Positions 47,393 to 56,963 of a stretch of 64,000 nt of DNA are shown here, in pieces; position 1 is the stretch's first letter, and each line of letters starts with the position of its first letter. Under the pieces are notes generated by a model that did no database searches, had not been told where the DNA came from, and saw only the letters and a list, made by a program, of their open reading frames with translations. A program made the translations under genes and the position numbers. The DNA is taken from NCBI GenBank assembly GCA_963834365.1, contig CAWIBS010000036.1, positions 277,439-341,438 of the forward strand, given 5' to 3'. Origin of the DNA: Vicinamibacterales bacterium. GTDB taxonomy: Bacteria; Acidobacteriota; Vicinamibacteria; Vicinamibacterales; Vicinamibacteraceae.

Positions 47393-48037
47393 ATGAACTC
47401 ACGCCTCGCCCTCGCGGCCGTCGGCCTTGCGCTGACAGCTGGTCCCCTGTTTGCGCAGCAGCCGCCGCCGAAGCCGGCCCCGACGCCCGCGCCGACGACC
47501 CCGGCGCCAACGACCCAGGCTCCGGCGACCCCGGCCCCCGCGGCCACGCAGCCCGCCCAACCGCCGCGGCCGTTCCCGGAGGGGGCGAAGTTCGCCTACG
47601 TGAACGTCCAGCGCATCGCGCAGGAATCCACCGAGGGCAAGGCCGCGACGGGCCGGATCAACGCGTTGCGCGAGAAGAAGGAGAAGGAGCTGCAGGAGAA
47701 GAACATGCAGCTCGAGGCGGCGCGCAAGAAGCTCGAGACGAGCGCCTCGGTCATCGCCGACGCGGCCCGCGCCCAGCAGCAGAAGGAAGTCGAGCGCCAG
47801 CAGGTGGATCTGCAGCGGGCCACCCAGGACGCCCAGGCCGAGGTCGAGGAGCTGCAGCGCGAGCTGCAGATGGAGTTCCAGCGCAAGCTGCTGCCGCTCA
47901 TCGAAGAAGTGCGGGCGGCGAAGGGCCTGTTGATGGTCTTCAGCAGCCTCGATTCCGGCATCCTCGCGGCCGACACCGGCCTCGATATCACGGCCGACGT
48001 CATCAAGCGTCTCGACAGCACGCCCGCGAAGAAGTAG
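47393..48037 (+). CDS. skp: OmpH/Skp-family periplasmic chaperone
   Basis: ATG 47393 gives a signal peptide (LALAAVGLALTAGPLFA), a PAPT-rich spacer, and then a coiled-coil region (INALREKKEKELQEKNMQLEAARKKLE...ELQRELQMEFQRKLLPLIEEV). It lies directly after bamA. Confidence 0.8.
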   Translation: MNSRLALAAVGLALTAGPLFAQQPPPKPAPTPAPTTPAPTTQAPATPAPAATQPAQPPRPFPEGAKFAYVNVQRIAQESTEGKAATGRINALREKKEKELQEKNMQLEAARKKLETSASVIADAARAQQQKEVERQQVDLQRATQDAQAEVEELQRELQMEFQRKLLPLIEEVRAAKGLLMVFSSLDSGILAADTGLDITADVIKRLDSTPAKK

Positions 48038-48121
48038 TCTCCGCCGGACGGGGCGAGGAAACGGCCGTGCCCCGGTGCGTCTCTGCCGTGCGCAGCCCAA
48101 TTTCGCCCGTCACTCGACCGG

Positions 48122-48529
48122 CTCTCCTTCCGCTACCCACTGCCGCTCGTCGACGCCATCGTCGAGCACGACCGCGGAGTGCGACTGGCCGCCATCAAGG
48201 CCGTCACGGTCAGCGAGGAGTTCTTCCAGGGCCATTTCCCCGGCGTGCCGCTCATGCCCGGGGTCCTGATGATCGAGTCCCTGGCGCACGCGGCAGCCAT
48301 CCTGCTGTTCGATCGCGAGCGCGAGCCCTCGGCGAGCCGCGCGTTCCTGCGCGGCGTGGACGGAGCGAAGTTCCGCCGCCAGGTCGTGCCCGGCGACATC
48401 GTGCGCCTCGAGGTGCGCTTCCTCCGCGAGCGCCTGGGCCTCGCCTCGATCCGCGGCCAGGCGCTTCGTCGAGGGTCAGGTCGTGGCCGAGGCCGACCTG
48501 CTGCTCGCCGTCGTGCGGGAACGCGTTGA
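48122..48529 (+). CDS. fabZ: 3-hydroxyacyl-ACP dehydratase FabZ; start unresolved, one or two apparent frameshifts near the 3' end
   Basis: LSFRYPLPLVDAIVEHD...AIKAVTVSEEFFQGHFPGVPLMPGVLMIESLAHAAAIL (hotdog active-site His). The C-terminal FVEGQVVAEADLLLAV reads in the lpxA frame from about 48465. The original frame has TGA at 48527-48529. Confidence 0.75.
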   Translation, partial: LSFRYPLPLVDAIVEHDRGVRLAAIKAVTVSEEFFQGHFPGVPLMPGVLMIESLAHAAAILLFDREREPSASRAFLRGVDGAKFRRQVVPGDIVRLEVRFLRERLGLASIRGQALRRGSGRGRGRPAARRRAGTR

Positions 48530-49346
48530 CATCCATCCGTCGGCCACCGTCGCCCCGGGCGCCGAGATCGGCGCGGGCACCCTCGTCGGGCCGAATGCGG
48601 TGGTCGGACCGCAGGTGCGGATCGGCCGCAACTGCAGGATTGGCGCGTCGTCGGTGGTGGACGGACGGACCGACATCGGCGACGGCTCCGAAGTCTTCCC
48701 GTTCGCGTCCATCGGGCTGATTCCGCAGGACCTCAAGTTCCGCGGCGAGGACACGAGCCTCGTCATCGGCCGCCGGAACATCTTTCGTGAGTTCGTCACG
48801 ATCCATCGCGGGACGGCGGGCGGCGGCGGCCTGACGACGATCGGCGATCGCAACGTGTTCATGGCGTATGCGCATGTGGCGCACGACTGCCACATCGGCA
48901 ATGACACGATCTTCGGCAACGGCGCCACCCTCGGCGGCCACGTGACGGTGGAGGACTACGCGACGATCAGCGCCTTCTCCGGCGTGCACCAGTTCTGCCG
49001 CATCGGTCGGCACGCGTTCATCGGCGGGTTCTCGGTGGTGACGAAGGATGCGCTGCCGTTCGCCAAGACGGTCGGCAACCGCCCCGCCCGCAGCTACGGG
49101 CTCAATACGGTCGGCCTGGTTCGCCGGCGCATGCCCGCCGACGTCGTCTCCAAGCTGCGGCGGGCGTATCGCTACCTCCTGACCTCGAAGCTGAACACGT
49201 CGCGGGCGCTCGTGCAGATCGAGCAGGACCCCGGCCTCCAGTGTGAGGAGGTCCAGCACCTCGTCGGGTTCATCCGCACGTCCTCGCGCGGCGTGGTGCT
49301 GCGACGGGCGTCGCGACGGCTCGAGGAAGTGGTCGCCGACGAGTAG
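48513..49346 (+). CDS. lpxA: Acyl-ACP--UDP-N-acetylglucosamine O-acyltransferase
   Basis: GTG 48513 gives [44 protein letters not shown] (hexapeptide repeats). It also has [14 protein letters not shown] and the C-terminal helical domain LRRAYRYLL. Confidence 0.9.
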   Translation: MRERVDIHPSATVAPGAEIGAGTLVGPNAVVGPQVRIGRNCRIGASSVVDGRTDIGDGSEVFPFASIGLIPQDLKFRGEDTSLVIGRRNIFREFVTIHRGTAGGGGLTTIGDRNVFMAYAHVAHDCHIGNDTIFGNGATLGGHVTVEDYATISAFSGVHQFCRIGRHAFIGGFSVVTKDALPFAKTVGNRPARSYGLNTVGLVRRRMPADVVSKLRRAYRYLLTSKLNTSRALVQIEQDPGLQCEEVQHLVGFIRTSSRGVVLRRASRRLEEVVADE

Positions 49347-49359
49347 TCGCGAGGCGCGC

Positions 49360-50184
49360 GTGCCACCGCTGGGTCTCATCGCCGGAAACGGGCGCTTTCC
49401 CTTCCTCGTCCTGGATGCCGCACGCGGCCTGGGGCGCGATGTGACGGTCGTGGCGATTCGCGACGAAGCGGATCCGTCGCTCGAAGCGGCCGCCGCCGCG
49501 CGGCGGGCGGATGTGCACTGGGTGTCGCTCGGTCAGCTCGGCCGCTGCATCTCCGTGCTGAAGGACGCGGGCGTGTCCGAGGCCGTGATGGCGGGCCAGG
49601 TCAAGCACGTCAAGATCTTCTCGGATTTCGTCCCGGACCTGACGCTCCTCTCGGTGATCCGCCGTCTCAAGGCGCGGTCCACCGACGCGCTGATCGCCGC
49701 GGTGGCCGACGTGTTGCGCGAGAAGGGGATCACGCTCATCGACTCCACGACCTTCCTCAAGCCGCTCATGGCCGGGACCGGCGTGCTGTCACGACGCCAG
49801 CCCGACGATCGCGTACGGGCGGACTTCGAATTCGGCTATCGCATGGCGGACGTGATCGCGGGACTCGACGTGGGCCAGACGATCGTGGTGAAGGATCGCG
49901 CCGTCGTCGCCGTCGAGGCGATGGAAGGTACCGACGAGACGATCGCGCGCGCCGGGCGCCTCGCCGGGCCGGGCACGGTCGTCATCAAGGTCGCCAAGCC
50001 GAATCAGGACATGCGGTTCGACGTACCCGTCGTCGGCGTCTCGACCATCGGCGCCATGGCGTCCGCCGGCGCCGTCGCCCTGACTGTCGATGCCGGCCGG
50101 ACGCTCCTGGTCGATGGCGGGGCCGTCGTCACGGCGGCCGACGAGGCCGGCATCGTCCTCGTTGGAAGGGCCGCGGCGTCATGA
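49360..50184 (+). CDS. lpxI: LpxI-family UDP-2,3-diacylglucosamine hydrolase (DUF1009)
   Basis: GTG 49360 gives [53 protein letters not shown] and [20 protein letters not shown]. Confidence 0.8.
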   Translation: MPPLGLIAGNGRFPFLVLDAARGLGRDVTVVAIRDEADPSLEAAAAARRADVHWVSLGQLGRCISVLKDAGVSEAVMAGQVKHVKIFSDFVPDLTLLSVIRRLKARSTDALIAAVADVLREKGITLIDSTTFLKPLMAGTGVLSRRQPDDRVRADFEFGYRMADVIAGLDVGQTIVVKDRAVVAVEAMEGTDETIARAGRLAGPGTVVIKVAKPNQDMRFDVPVVGVSTIGAMASAGAVALTVDAGRTLLVDGGAVVTAADEAGIVLVGRAAAS

Positions 50185-51128
50185 GCGCGGCCAGCACCCT
50201 GCGCGTCGCCGTGATTGGCGTCGGGTACCTCGGGCGTCATCATGCACGCATTCTGTCTGCGCTCGACGGAGTGACGCTCGTCGGGGTCGTCGATCGCGAT
50301 TTCAGCCGCGCGAGCGAGATTGCCGCGGCCCACGGCACGACCGCCTTCGCCAGCGCGGCCGGGATGCCGGACGTGGACGCGGTGACGATCGCGGTTCCCA
50401 CCGAGTCGCACGCCGCCGAGGCGCGTCCGTTCCTCGAGCGAGGCGTGGCGGTGCTCGTCGAAAAGCCGCTCACTCGCACCGTGGCTGAGGCCGACACGCT
50501 GCTCGAGACCGCCGCCGCCGGTGGGGGGGTGCTGGCCGTTGGTCACACCGAGAGGTTCAACCCCGCCCTGACGACCGCGCTGCCGCACATCTCGAGGCCC
50601 GGCTTCGTCGAGGTCCACAGGCTCGGCACGTTTCCCGATCGGAGTCTGGATATCGATGTCGTCTTCGATCTGATGATCCATGATCTCGATGTGCTGCTGG
50701 CGTCGGTGGACGGGGAGGTGACGGCCATCGAAGCCGTGGGGGTGCCGGTCCTGACCTCACGCGTCGACATCGCCAACGCGCGGCTGCGCTTCGCCTCGGG
50801 GTGCATCGCGAACCTCACCGCGAGCCGCATCAGCCGCGATCGGGTGAGGAAGGTCCGATTCTTCCAGCCCCAGGCCTACGTGTCGATCGACTATGCCAGC
50901 CAGGAAGTCGAGTGCTTCCGGCTTCTCCCCGGGGGCGGCGCGCCGGTCATCGAAGGCGGGAAGCTCGACGTGCCCAGGGATGAGCCCCTCCGGCTCGAGC
51001 TCACCGACTTCGTGGACGCAGTTCGAACGGGTCGGCGTCCGCGCGTGAGCGGGGAAGACGGGCGGCGGGCGCTGGCGCTCGCGCACCGCATCGTCGAGCG
51101 GATGGGTGAAGGACCTCCCGGGACGTAA
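50181..51128 (+). CDS. Gfo/Idh/MocA-family NAD(P)-dependent oxidoreductase
   Basis: ATG 50181 overlaps the lpxI stop (ATGA). It has [16 protein letters not shown] (Rossmann) and AVLVEKPL (EKP motif). Confidence 0.8.
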   Translation: MSAASTLRVAVIGVGYLGRHHARILSALDGVTLVGVVDRDFSRASEIAAAHGTTAFASAAGMPDVDAVTIAVPTESHAAEARPFLERGVAVLVEKPLTRTVAEADTLLETAAAGGGVLAVGHTERFNPALTTALPHISRPGFVEVHRLGTFPDRSLDIDVVFDLMIHDLDVLLASVDGEVTAIEAVGVPVLTSRVDIANARLRFASGCIANLTASRISRDRVRKVRFFQPQAYVSIDYASQEVECFRLLPGGGAPVIEGGKLDVPRDEPLRLELTDFVDAVRTGRRPRVSGEDGRRALALAHRIVERMGEGPPGT

Positions 51129-51260
51129 GCTCCGGGGCTGCGCGGTTGAAGAACGCGACTGAGGGCCGGGACGTCAACATTCACGCGTAGCCGCGCAACT
51201 TCAATTCCGGGCGCCGCGCCGGGCGGGCTCGCCGCTGCAGGCCCGGGTGCTACACAGATC

Positions 51261-52148
51261 ATGTCCACGTCACTCGAGGAACTGTCGGCACGAATCAAAG
51301 AGGGGCAGCGCCCGACGAACGCCGAGGTGCGAGCGATCCTCGATACGCCCGATCTGGTGTCGGTGGGGATGCTGGCCACCGACGTCCGGCGTGCGAGGGT
51401 CGGCGATCGCGTGACCTTCGTTCGCGTGGCCGAAGTCGGCCACGGATCTCCGCTCCCGGATGCCTTCCCGTCAGCGACCGGCGAAATCCGGCTCACCGGC
51501 CGGCCGTCATCGGCCGAGGCCGCGGTGGCGCGCGCATGGGCGGTCGCCGAACGGGCGTCGGGCGTGGCTGTTACGGCGTGGTCCCTCACCGATCTCGTCG
51601 AGCTCGGTGGAGGCGACGACGGCCTCGTGTCGCTTGCGCGGGCGCTGCGCGAGGCGGGAGTGCATGGACCGGCGGAAGTGCTGCTCGACACACTGCCCGA
51701 CCTGACGGCCGTACATCGCGTGCTGGACGTGGGGCTGGCCGTGCCCGTCGCCGGCTGGCGCAAGGTGCCCGCCGATCCCGTGTCCGCATTGCGGCGCGTG
51801 CACGATTTGCAGACCGCCACCAACGCCCTGCAGGCGTTCGCGGTCCTGCCGACGAGCGTGAGCGGTGGCACGCCGTCCACCGGCTATGACGACATGAAGC
51901 TCGTGGCGCTCGCACGTGTCGTGCTCGACAACGTGGCGCACATCCAGGTGGACTGGACTGCGCATGGCCCCAAGCTCTCGCAGGTGGCGCTGCTCTTTGG
52001 CGCGAGCGATCTCGATCGGGTGCCCGCGTCGGACGACGCGCCGCTCGGCCCGCGCCGCGCGCCGCTCGAAGAGGTCCGTCGCAACATCGAGTCCGCATCC
52101 CTCCAGCCGGTCGCGCGCGACGGCCGCTTCGCGCGGCTGCCCGAGTGA
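51261..52148 (+). CDS. Cysteine-free paralogue of the MqnC/MqnE (CofH-like) radical-SAM fold; function unknown
   Basis: Intact 295-aa ORF with no Cys at all. Its ends align with the radical-SAM gene at 54646: LSARIKEGQRPTNAEVRAIL...GMLATDVRRARVGDRVTFV versus LARKVDAGTRLDAEDALALY...GRLADGVRARKHPERIVTYI, and GYDDMKLVALARVVLDNVAHIQVDWTAHGPKLSQVALLFGASDLD versus GVDYLRTLALARIVLDNFDNLQASWVTQGGKVGQMSLAFGANDMG. Its stop overlaps the mqnA start (GTGA). Confidence 0.55.
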   Translation: MSTSLEELSARIKEGQRPTNAEVRAILDTPDLVSVGMLATDVRRARVGDRVTFVRVAEVGHGSPLPDAFPSATGEIRLTGRPSSAEAAVARAWAVAERASGVAVTAWSLTDLVELGGGDDGLVSLARALREAGVHGPAEVLLDTLPDLTAVHRVLDVGLAVPVAGWRKVPADPVSALRRVHDLQTATNALQAFAVLPTSVSGGTPSTGYDDMKLVALARVVLDNVAHIQVDWTAHGPKLSQVALLFGASDLDRVPASDDAPLGPRRAPLEEVRRNIESASLQPVARDGRFARLPE

Positions 52149-52966
52149 CTGCCTCGTCCACGCCTGGCCTGGCCTCGCTGACGCGGCTCGGCGCGGTGAG
52201 CTATCTGAACACCCGCCCGCTCGTCTACGGGCTCGAGCACCGGCCGGAGTTGCTGCTGCGCTTCGACGTCCCGTCGCGGTGCGCCGATCTGCTCGCCGGC
52301 GGCCTGGTGGATCTGGGGTTGATCCCCGCGTTCGAGTTCGCGCGTCACGGCGGCTACGCGATCGTCCCCGATGTGTCGATTGCGTCGCACGGTGCGGTCG
52401 ATTCCGTCGCGCTGTTCACGCGTCGTCCGATCGGCGACGTGCGATCCATTGCGCTCGATGCCAGCTCGCGCACGTCGGCCAACCTCGTGCGCCTGCTGTG
52501 CGCGCGTCAGTTCCGTATCGCCCCGGTATTCGTGGACGCAGCGCCCGACCTGCCGTCCATGCTGGCCCGATGCGATGCTGCGCTGCTGATTGGCGATCCG
52601 GCGCTCTTCACCGACCCGGCCGCGTTCGACAGCGAGAAGATCGATCTGGGTGCCGCCTGGACCGACCTGACGGGCCTGCCTTTCGTCTGGGCCTTCTGGG
52701 CGGGGATTCCAGGCGCCGCCTCTCCCGCGGTGTGCCGTCTGCTTCGTGACGCGCGCGATCGGGGCGTGGCGGAAATCGACGTGATCGCCTCCCGCGAAGC
52801 ACCCGATGATCCGGCGCGCCGTGCTCGAATCGCGCGCTATCTCCGCGAGTCGATCGCCTACGATTTCGAGGGATCGCTGGTCCGGGGTGTGTCGCTCTTC
52901 TTCGGCCTGCTCGAGGAGGAAGGGCTCGTCAGTCGCGCCCCCGCCCTGACCTTCTACGATGCGTGA
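52145..52966 (+). CDS. mqnA: Chorismate dehydratase MqnA (futalosine pathway)
   Basis: Intact 273-aa ORF. LGAVSYLNTRPLVYGL, DLGLIPAFEFARH and PFVWAFWA match the MqnA/VitK2 periplasmic-binding-like family pattern. Confidence 0.8.
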   Translation: MTASSTPGLASLTRLGAVSYLNTRPLVYGLEHRPELLLRFDVPSRCADLLAGGLVDLGLIPAFEFARHGGYAIVPDVSIASHGAVDSVALFTRRPIGDVRSIALDASSRTSANLVRLLCARQFRIAPVFVDAAPDLPSMLARCDAALLIGDPALFTDPAAFDSEKIDLGAAWTDLTGLPFVWAFWAGIPGAASPAVCRLLRDARDRGVAEIDVIASREAPDDPARRARIARYLRESIAYDFEGSLVRGVSLFFGLLEEEGLVSRAPALTFYDA

Positions 52967-53061
52967 TCCGGATGGGGACTGTCCCCCTGTGGAAGACTTT
53001 GTGGAAAATGGTGACGGTGGGGCGACAGGTGGCAAGTTCTGCCACTAGACTCTGCGGGACC

Positions 53062-54649
53062 GTGTCGCGCCGCCTCGCACCGCTCACTCACGCGTCGTTC
53101 GACGTCCTGATCATCGGCGGCGGCATCGTCGGTGCCGGGATTGCGCGTGACGCGGCCCTGCGCGGCCTTTCGGTCGCGCTCGTCGAGCAACACGACTACG
53201 GCAGCGGCACCACGGCGGGCTCGACGCGCCTGATCCATGGCGGTCTCCGCTATCTGGAGATGTTCGACTTTCCCCTCGTGCGTCTCGACCTGCGCGAGCG
53301 GGAAACGCTGCTTCGGATAGCGCCGCATCTCGTCAAGGCGCTGCAGTTCGTCCTGCCGTTCTATGACGAGCGCCTGTTCGCACGCCTGCGGCTGCGCGCC
53401 GGGATGTGGCTGTATGACGCGCTCAGCTTCGACAAGAGCCTGCCGCGCCATCGCGTACTGTCGGCGTCCGGCGTCCGCGCGCTCGAGCCGGCGTTGAACG
53501 CCGACGGCCTCGTCGGCGGCGCCACATATTTCGATGCCCAGGCGGCCATGCCCGAGCGGCTCTGCCTCGAGAACGTCCTCGACGCGTGCGACCTCGGGGC
53601 GGTGGCGGCGAACTACGCGCGGGCCGTGGACGCCAGGCGGGTCGGCGAGGCGCTGTCGCAGGTCACCGTCCGCGACATGCTCGGCGATGACGAGGTGGAG
53701 GTTCGGACGCGGCTGATCGTGAACGCGACCGGCGCGTGGCTCGATCGTGTGAACACCCAGGTGCTCGCCGACCGCCGGGCACGCCTGCGGACGACCAAGG
53801 GCGTGCACCTCGCGTGTCCGCCGACCGTGTCGCGGGCGCTCGCGGTACCGTCTGCGGTGGATGGCCGGCTCGTGTTCGTCATTCCCTGGCTCGGCCACAC
53901 CTGGATCGGGACGACCGACACGGATTTCGACGATGACCCGGCGCAGGCGCGTGCGGACGCGGCCGACGTCAGCTACCTGCAGGCGTCGGTTCGACGCTAT
54001 GTGCCAGCGCTCGCCGACGCTCCCGTGCACTTCACCAACGCCGGCGTTCGGGCGCTCGTGCGGCAGTCCGGACACGAGTCGTCGGTCTCCCGCAGCCACG
54101 ACCTCGTGGACGGCGATCGGGACGGACATCCGCACCTGATCGAGGTGGTTGGCGGCAAGCTGACAGGCTACCGTGCCATTGCCGAGGAAGTGACCGATCT
54201 GCTCTGTCGCAAGCTCGGGTCGTCGGAGCGGGCGACGACGGGGCAGCGGCTGCTGCCGGGGGCTGGAGCGTCCGAGGGGGCCTCGGGACTCCCGATCGAG
54301 GCGCTCGAGCCGGTCTATGGGCGTCGGGTCGGGCGGCTCGCGGCGCTCGCCGCCGCGGACCCGGCGCTGGGCCAGCAACTCGCCCCCGCCTATCCAGACA
54401 TCGGCGCCCAGGCTGTGCTGGCGGCGCGCGAGGAGCACTGCGCCACCCTCGCCGATTTCCTGCTCCGGCGGACGCAGGCTCGGGTTCACGGCCGATCAGG
54501 GATGGGCGGCCGTTCCGCGCGCAGCCGATCTGCTGGCGCGGGAACTGGGGTGGAGTCCCGTCCGCCGGGACGCGGAAGTCGCCGCCTATCGAGCCGCCAT
54601 CGAATCGACGCAGGCCTGGCGACACGGGATGATAAATTCAGATCGATGA
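53062..54649 (+). CDS. glpD: FAD-dependent glycerol-3-phosphate dehydrogenase; one apparent frameshift
   Basis: GTG 53062 (ATG 53008 also possible). It has FDVLIIGGGIVGAGIARDAALRGLSVALVEQHDYGSGTTAGSTRLIHGGLRYL and KGVHL. An extra A at 54476 breaks ...DFLLRRT-RLGFTADQGWAAVPRAADLLARELGW.... The corrected frame stops at TGA 54647-54649. Confidence 0.85.
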
Positions 54650-55872
54650 CGATCGACGCCCTCGCCCGCAAGGTGGACGCCGGCACACGCCTCGACGCCG
54701 AGGACGCGCTGGCGCTCTACACGCAGGCGCCGACGGCTCTGCTGGGCCGTCTGGCCGACGGCGTGCGCGCCCGGAAACATCCGGAGCGGATCGTCACCTA
54801 CATCATCGACCGCAACGTCAACTACACGAACATCTGCGTGGCGCGCTGCAACTTCTGCGCCTTCTACCGGCCGGTGGGGCACGGCGACGGCTACGTCCTG
54901 TCGTTCGACGAGATCTTCCGGAAGATCGACGAGACGATCGCGGTCGGCGGCGTGCAGTTGCTGCTGCAGGGCGGACACAATCCGGACCTGCCGCTGCAGT
55001 GGTACGAGGATCTGTTTCGCGCCGTGAAGGCGCGCTACCCGGACTTCAAGCTGCACGCGCTGTCGCCGTCGGAGGTGCTGCACATCTCGCGGCTCTCGCG
55101 GCTGTCCACGCCCGAGGTGATCGCCCGGCTCATCGACGCCGGGCTCGACAGCATCCCCGGCGGCGGCGCCGAGATCCTCGTCGATCGCGTGCGCAAGCTC
55201 CTCAACTGCTACAGCAAATCCACCGCCGACGAATGGCTGCGCATCATGGGCGAGGCGCACGCGGCGGGGCTGCGCACCACGGCGACGATGATGTACGGCA
55301 GCGTCGAGACGATGGCCGAGCGCGTCGAGCATCTGGTGCGGCTGCGCGAGCTGCAGGATCGCACCGGCGGCTTCACCGCCTTCATTGCCTGGAGCTATCA
55401 GCCGGAGCACACCGAGCTGGGCCTGCACGAAGCCACCGGCGTGGATTACCTGCGCACACTCGCGCTCGCACGCATCGTCCTCGACAATTTCGACAATCTG
55501 CAGGCCTCGTGGGTGACGCAGGGCGGCAAGGTGGGTCAGATGAGTCTTGCCTTCGGCGCCAACGACATGGGCAGCGTGATGATCGAGGAGAACGTCGTGC
55601 GGGCGGCGGGGGCGAGCTACTGCATGGACGAAGTCGAGATCGTCCGCAACGTGGAGAACGCCGGCTTCACCGCGCAGCGTCGCAACATGCACTACGAGAT
55701 ACTCGGCAACCCGATCTTCCGCGAGCGCGCCATGCCGCGCCGCTTGTCGCTCGACGTCGCCAAGGCCGAGGGCGACGCGCTCATGCCCGACGAGCTGTCA
55801 GGCTACGCCGCGCGCAGCCGCGGCGCCCGCGAGCGCCGCACGACCGTCCCGACGAGCGATCGCGTGCACTGA
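54646..55872 (+). CDS. mqnC: Radical SAM futalosine-pathway enzyme, probably MqnC (MqnE not excluded)
   Basis: ATG 54646 overlaps the glpD stop (ATGA). It has NYTNICVARCNFCAF (CxxxCxxC), LLLQGGHNPDL, PGGGAEIL, TGGFTAFIAWSYQPEHT and FGANDMGSVMIEEN. The FIAW/QGG pattern leans towards MqnC/CofH rather than MqnE. Confidence 0.8.
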   Translation: MTIDALARKVDAGTRLDAEDALALYTQAPTALLGRLADGVRARKHPERIVTYIIDRNVNYTNICVARCNFCAFYRPVGHGDGYVLSFDEIFRKIDETIAVGGVQLLLQGGHNPDLPLQWYEDLFRAVKARYPDFKLHALSPSEVLHISRLSRLSTPEVIARLIDAGLDSIPGGGAEILVDRVRKLLNCYSKSTADEWLRIMGEAHAAGLRTTATMMYGSVETMAERVEHLVRLRELQDRTGGFTAFIAWSYQPEHTELGLHEATGVDYLRTLALARIVLDNFDNLQASWVTQGGKVGQMSLAFGANDMGSVMIEENVVRAAGASYCMDEVEIVRNVENAGFTAQRRNMHYEILGNPIFRERAMPRRLSLDVAKAEGDALMPDELSGYAARSRGARERRTTVPTSDRVH

Positions 55873-55882
55873 TTCGGTAGAT

Positions 55883-56074
55883 CAGTCTTCGGTCGTCAGT
55901 CTTCGGTCCGTGGTGCACACTCGCCGGACCTGAAGGTCCGGCCTACCGTTTCCATAGTCCGGCCTCCCGTTTCCATAGACGTTCGGTAGGGCGGGGCTTC
56001 AGTCCCGCCGCAGGCCGGGCGCAGCCCGGCACAAGCCCCGAAGACCGAAGACCGAAGACCGAGGACCAAAGACC
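55883..56074. repeat. Second copy of the composite repeat cassette, with inverted heptamer arms
   Basis: Left arm CAGTCTTCGGTCGTCAGTCTTCGGTC (55883-55908, reverse complement of GACCGAAGACTG...). Hairpin GCCGGACC-TGAA-GGTCCGGC followed by CTACC (55923-55947). A 21-nt tandem duplication TCCGGCCT(A/C)CCGTTTCCATAG (55937-55978). GGTAG followed by GGCGGGGC-TTCA-GTCCCGCC (55984-56009). Hairpin GCCGGGC-GCA-GCCCGGC. Right arm GAAGACC x3 GAGGACCAAAGACC (56039-56074). Confidence 0.9.
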
Positions 56075-56159
56075 CTTTCTGGCGTTTGACTTTCCCCGAT
56101 GGCCTGGATTCTACTTTTCCCGGTTTCGACCGTTCGGTTCGATCGGTTCCGGGGATCCC

Positions 56160-56963
56160 ATGGCTGATGTGCAGGTGGTGGCGCGGCGGGGGTTCGGGGA
56201 GACGACACGCCGCGACGCCTGGTGGGTGATCCCGGTCTCGGTCTTCCTCGGGCTTTCGACGTTCGTTGTCTATTCCACGTGGGCCGCCTTTCAGGGCGAG
56301 CATTACACCCACGGTCCGTATCTCTCGCCGTTCTACTCGCCCGAGCTCTTCGGCGACTCGCCGCACGCGTGGTTCGGACCGAAGCCGGGATGGTGGCCCG
56401 GATGGCTGCCGTTCTCGCCGGCGCTGTTGATCCTGTGGGCGCCCGGCGGGTTTCGCTTCACCTGCTACTACTACCGCGGCGCCTACTACAAGGCGTTCTG
56501 GGCCGATCCGCCGGCCTGCACGGTGGGCGAGCCCCGCCCGCAGGCCTACCGCGGTGAAGCATCGTTCCCGCTCATTCTGCAGAACGTGCACCGCTACTTC
56601 CTCTACCTGGCGCTGGGCTTCGTCGTCCTGCTGGCGTACGACGCGTGGAAGGCGCTGTGGTTCGTCGATGCGGCGACGGGCCGTGAGTCGTTCGGCATCG
56701 GCGTCGGCTCGCTCGTGCTGGCGGCCAACGTCGTGTGTCTCGCCAGCTACACCTTCGGGTGCCACTCGCTGCGGCACCTGGTCGGCGGCCGCGTCGACTG
56801 CCTGGCGGGCGCGCCGGGCCAGCACGCCTGCTACCGCGGCGTGAGCGCATTCACCCGGGCGCACCAGCGCTGGGCCTGGATCAGTCTGTTCATCGTCGGC
56901 TTTTCCGATCTCTACGTGCGCCTCTGCTCGATGGGTGTCTGGACCGACTGGAGGCTGCTCTGA
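56160..56963 (+). CDS. sdhC: Succinate dehydrogenase/fumarate reductase membrane anchor (single large cytochrome b-type subunit)
   Basis: Intact 267-aa ORF with about 5 hydrophobic spans and conserved His residues (HYTHGPY, NVHRYFLY, GCHSLRHL). It lies immediately upstream of sdhA with a TGATG overlap. Confidence 0.7.
   Translation: MADVQVVARRGFGETTRRDAWWVIPVSVFLGLSTFVVYSTWAAFQGEHYTHGPYLSPFYSPELFGDSPHAWFGPKPGWWPGWLPFSPALLILWAPGGFRFTCYYYRGAYYKAFWADPPACTVGEPRPQAYRGEASFPLILQNVHRYFLYLALGFVVLLAYDAWKALWFVDAATGRESFGIGVGSLVLAANVVCLASYTFGCHSLRHLVGGRVDCLAGAPGQHACYRGVSAFTRAHQRWAWISLFIVGFSDLYVRLCSMGVWTDWRLL

Noticed and set aside
48122-49346. A FabZ-LpxA fusion: the FabZ C-terminal text runs in frame into LpxA without a stop.
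   Set aside because: The original FabZ frame has a TGA at 48527-48529, just after the likely lpxA GTG (48513). This is the normal overlapping arrangement. One or two local indels near 48465-48525 are enough to create the apparent fusion.
52963-55872. A 969-aa GlpD-MqnC fusion protein, as suggested by the ORF track.
   Set aside because: It is created by a single extra A at 54476. In the corrected frame glpD ends at TGA 54647-54649, overlapping the ATG 54646 of the radical-SAM gene (ATGA).
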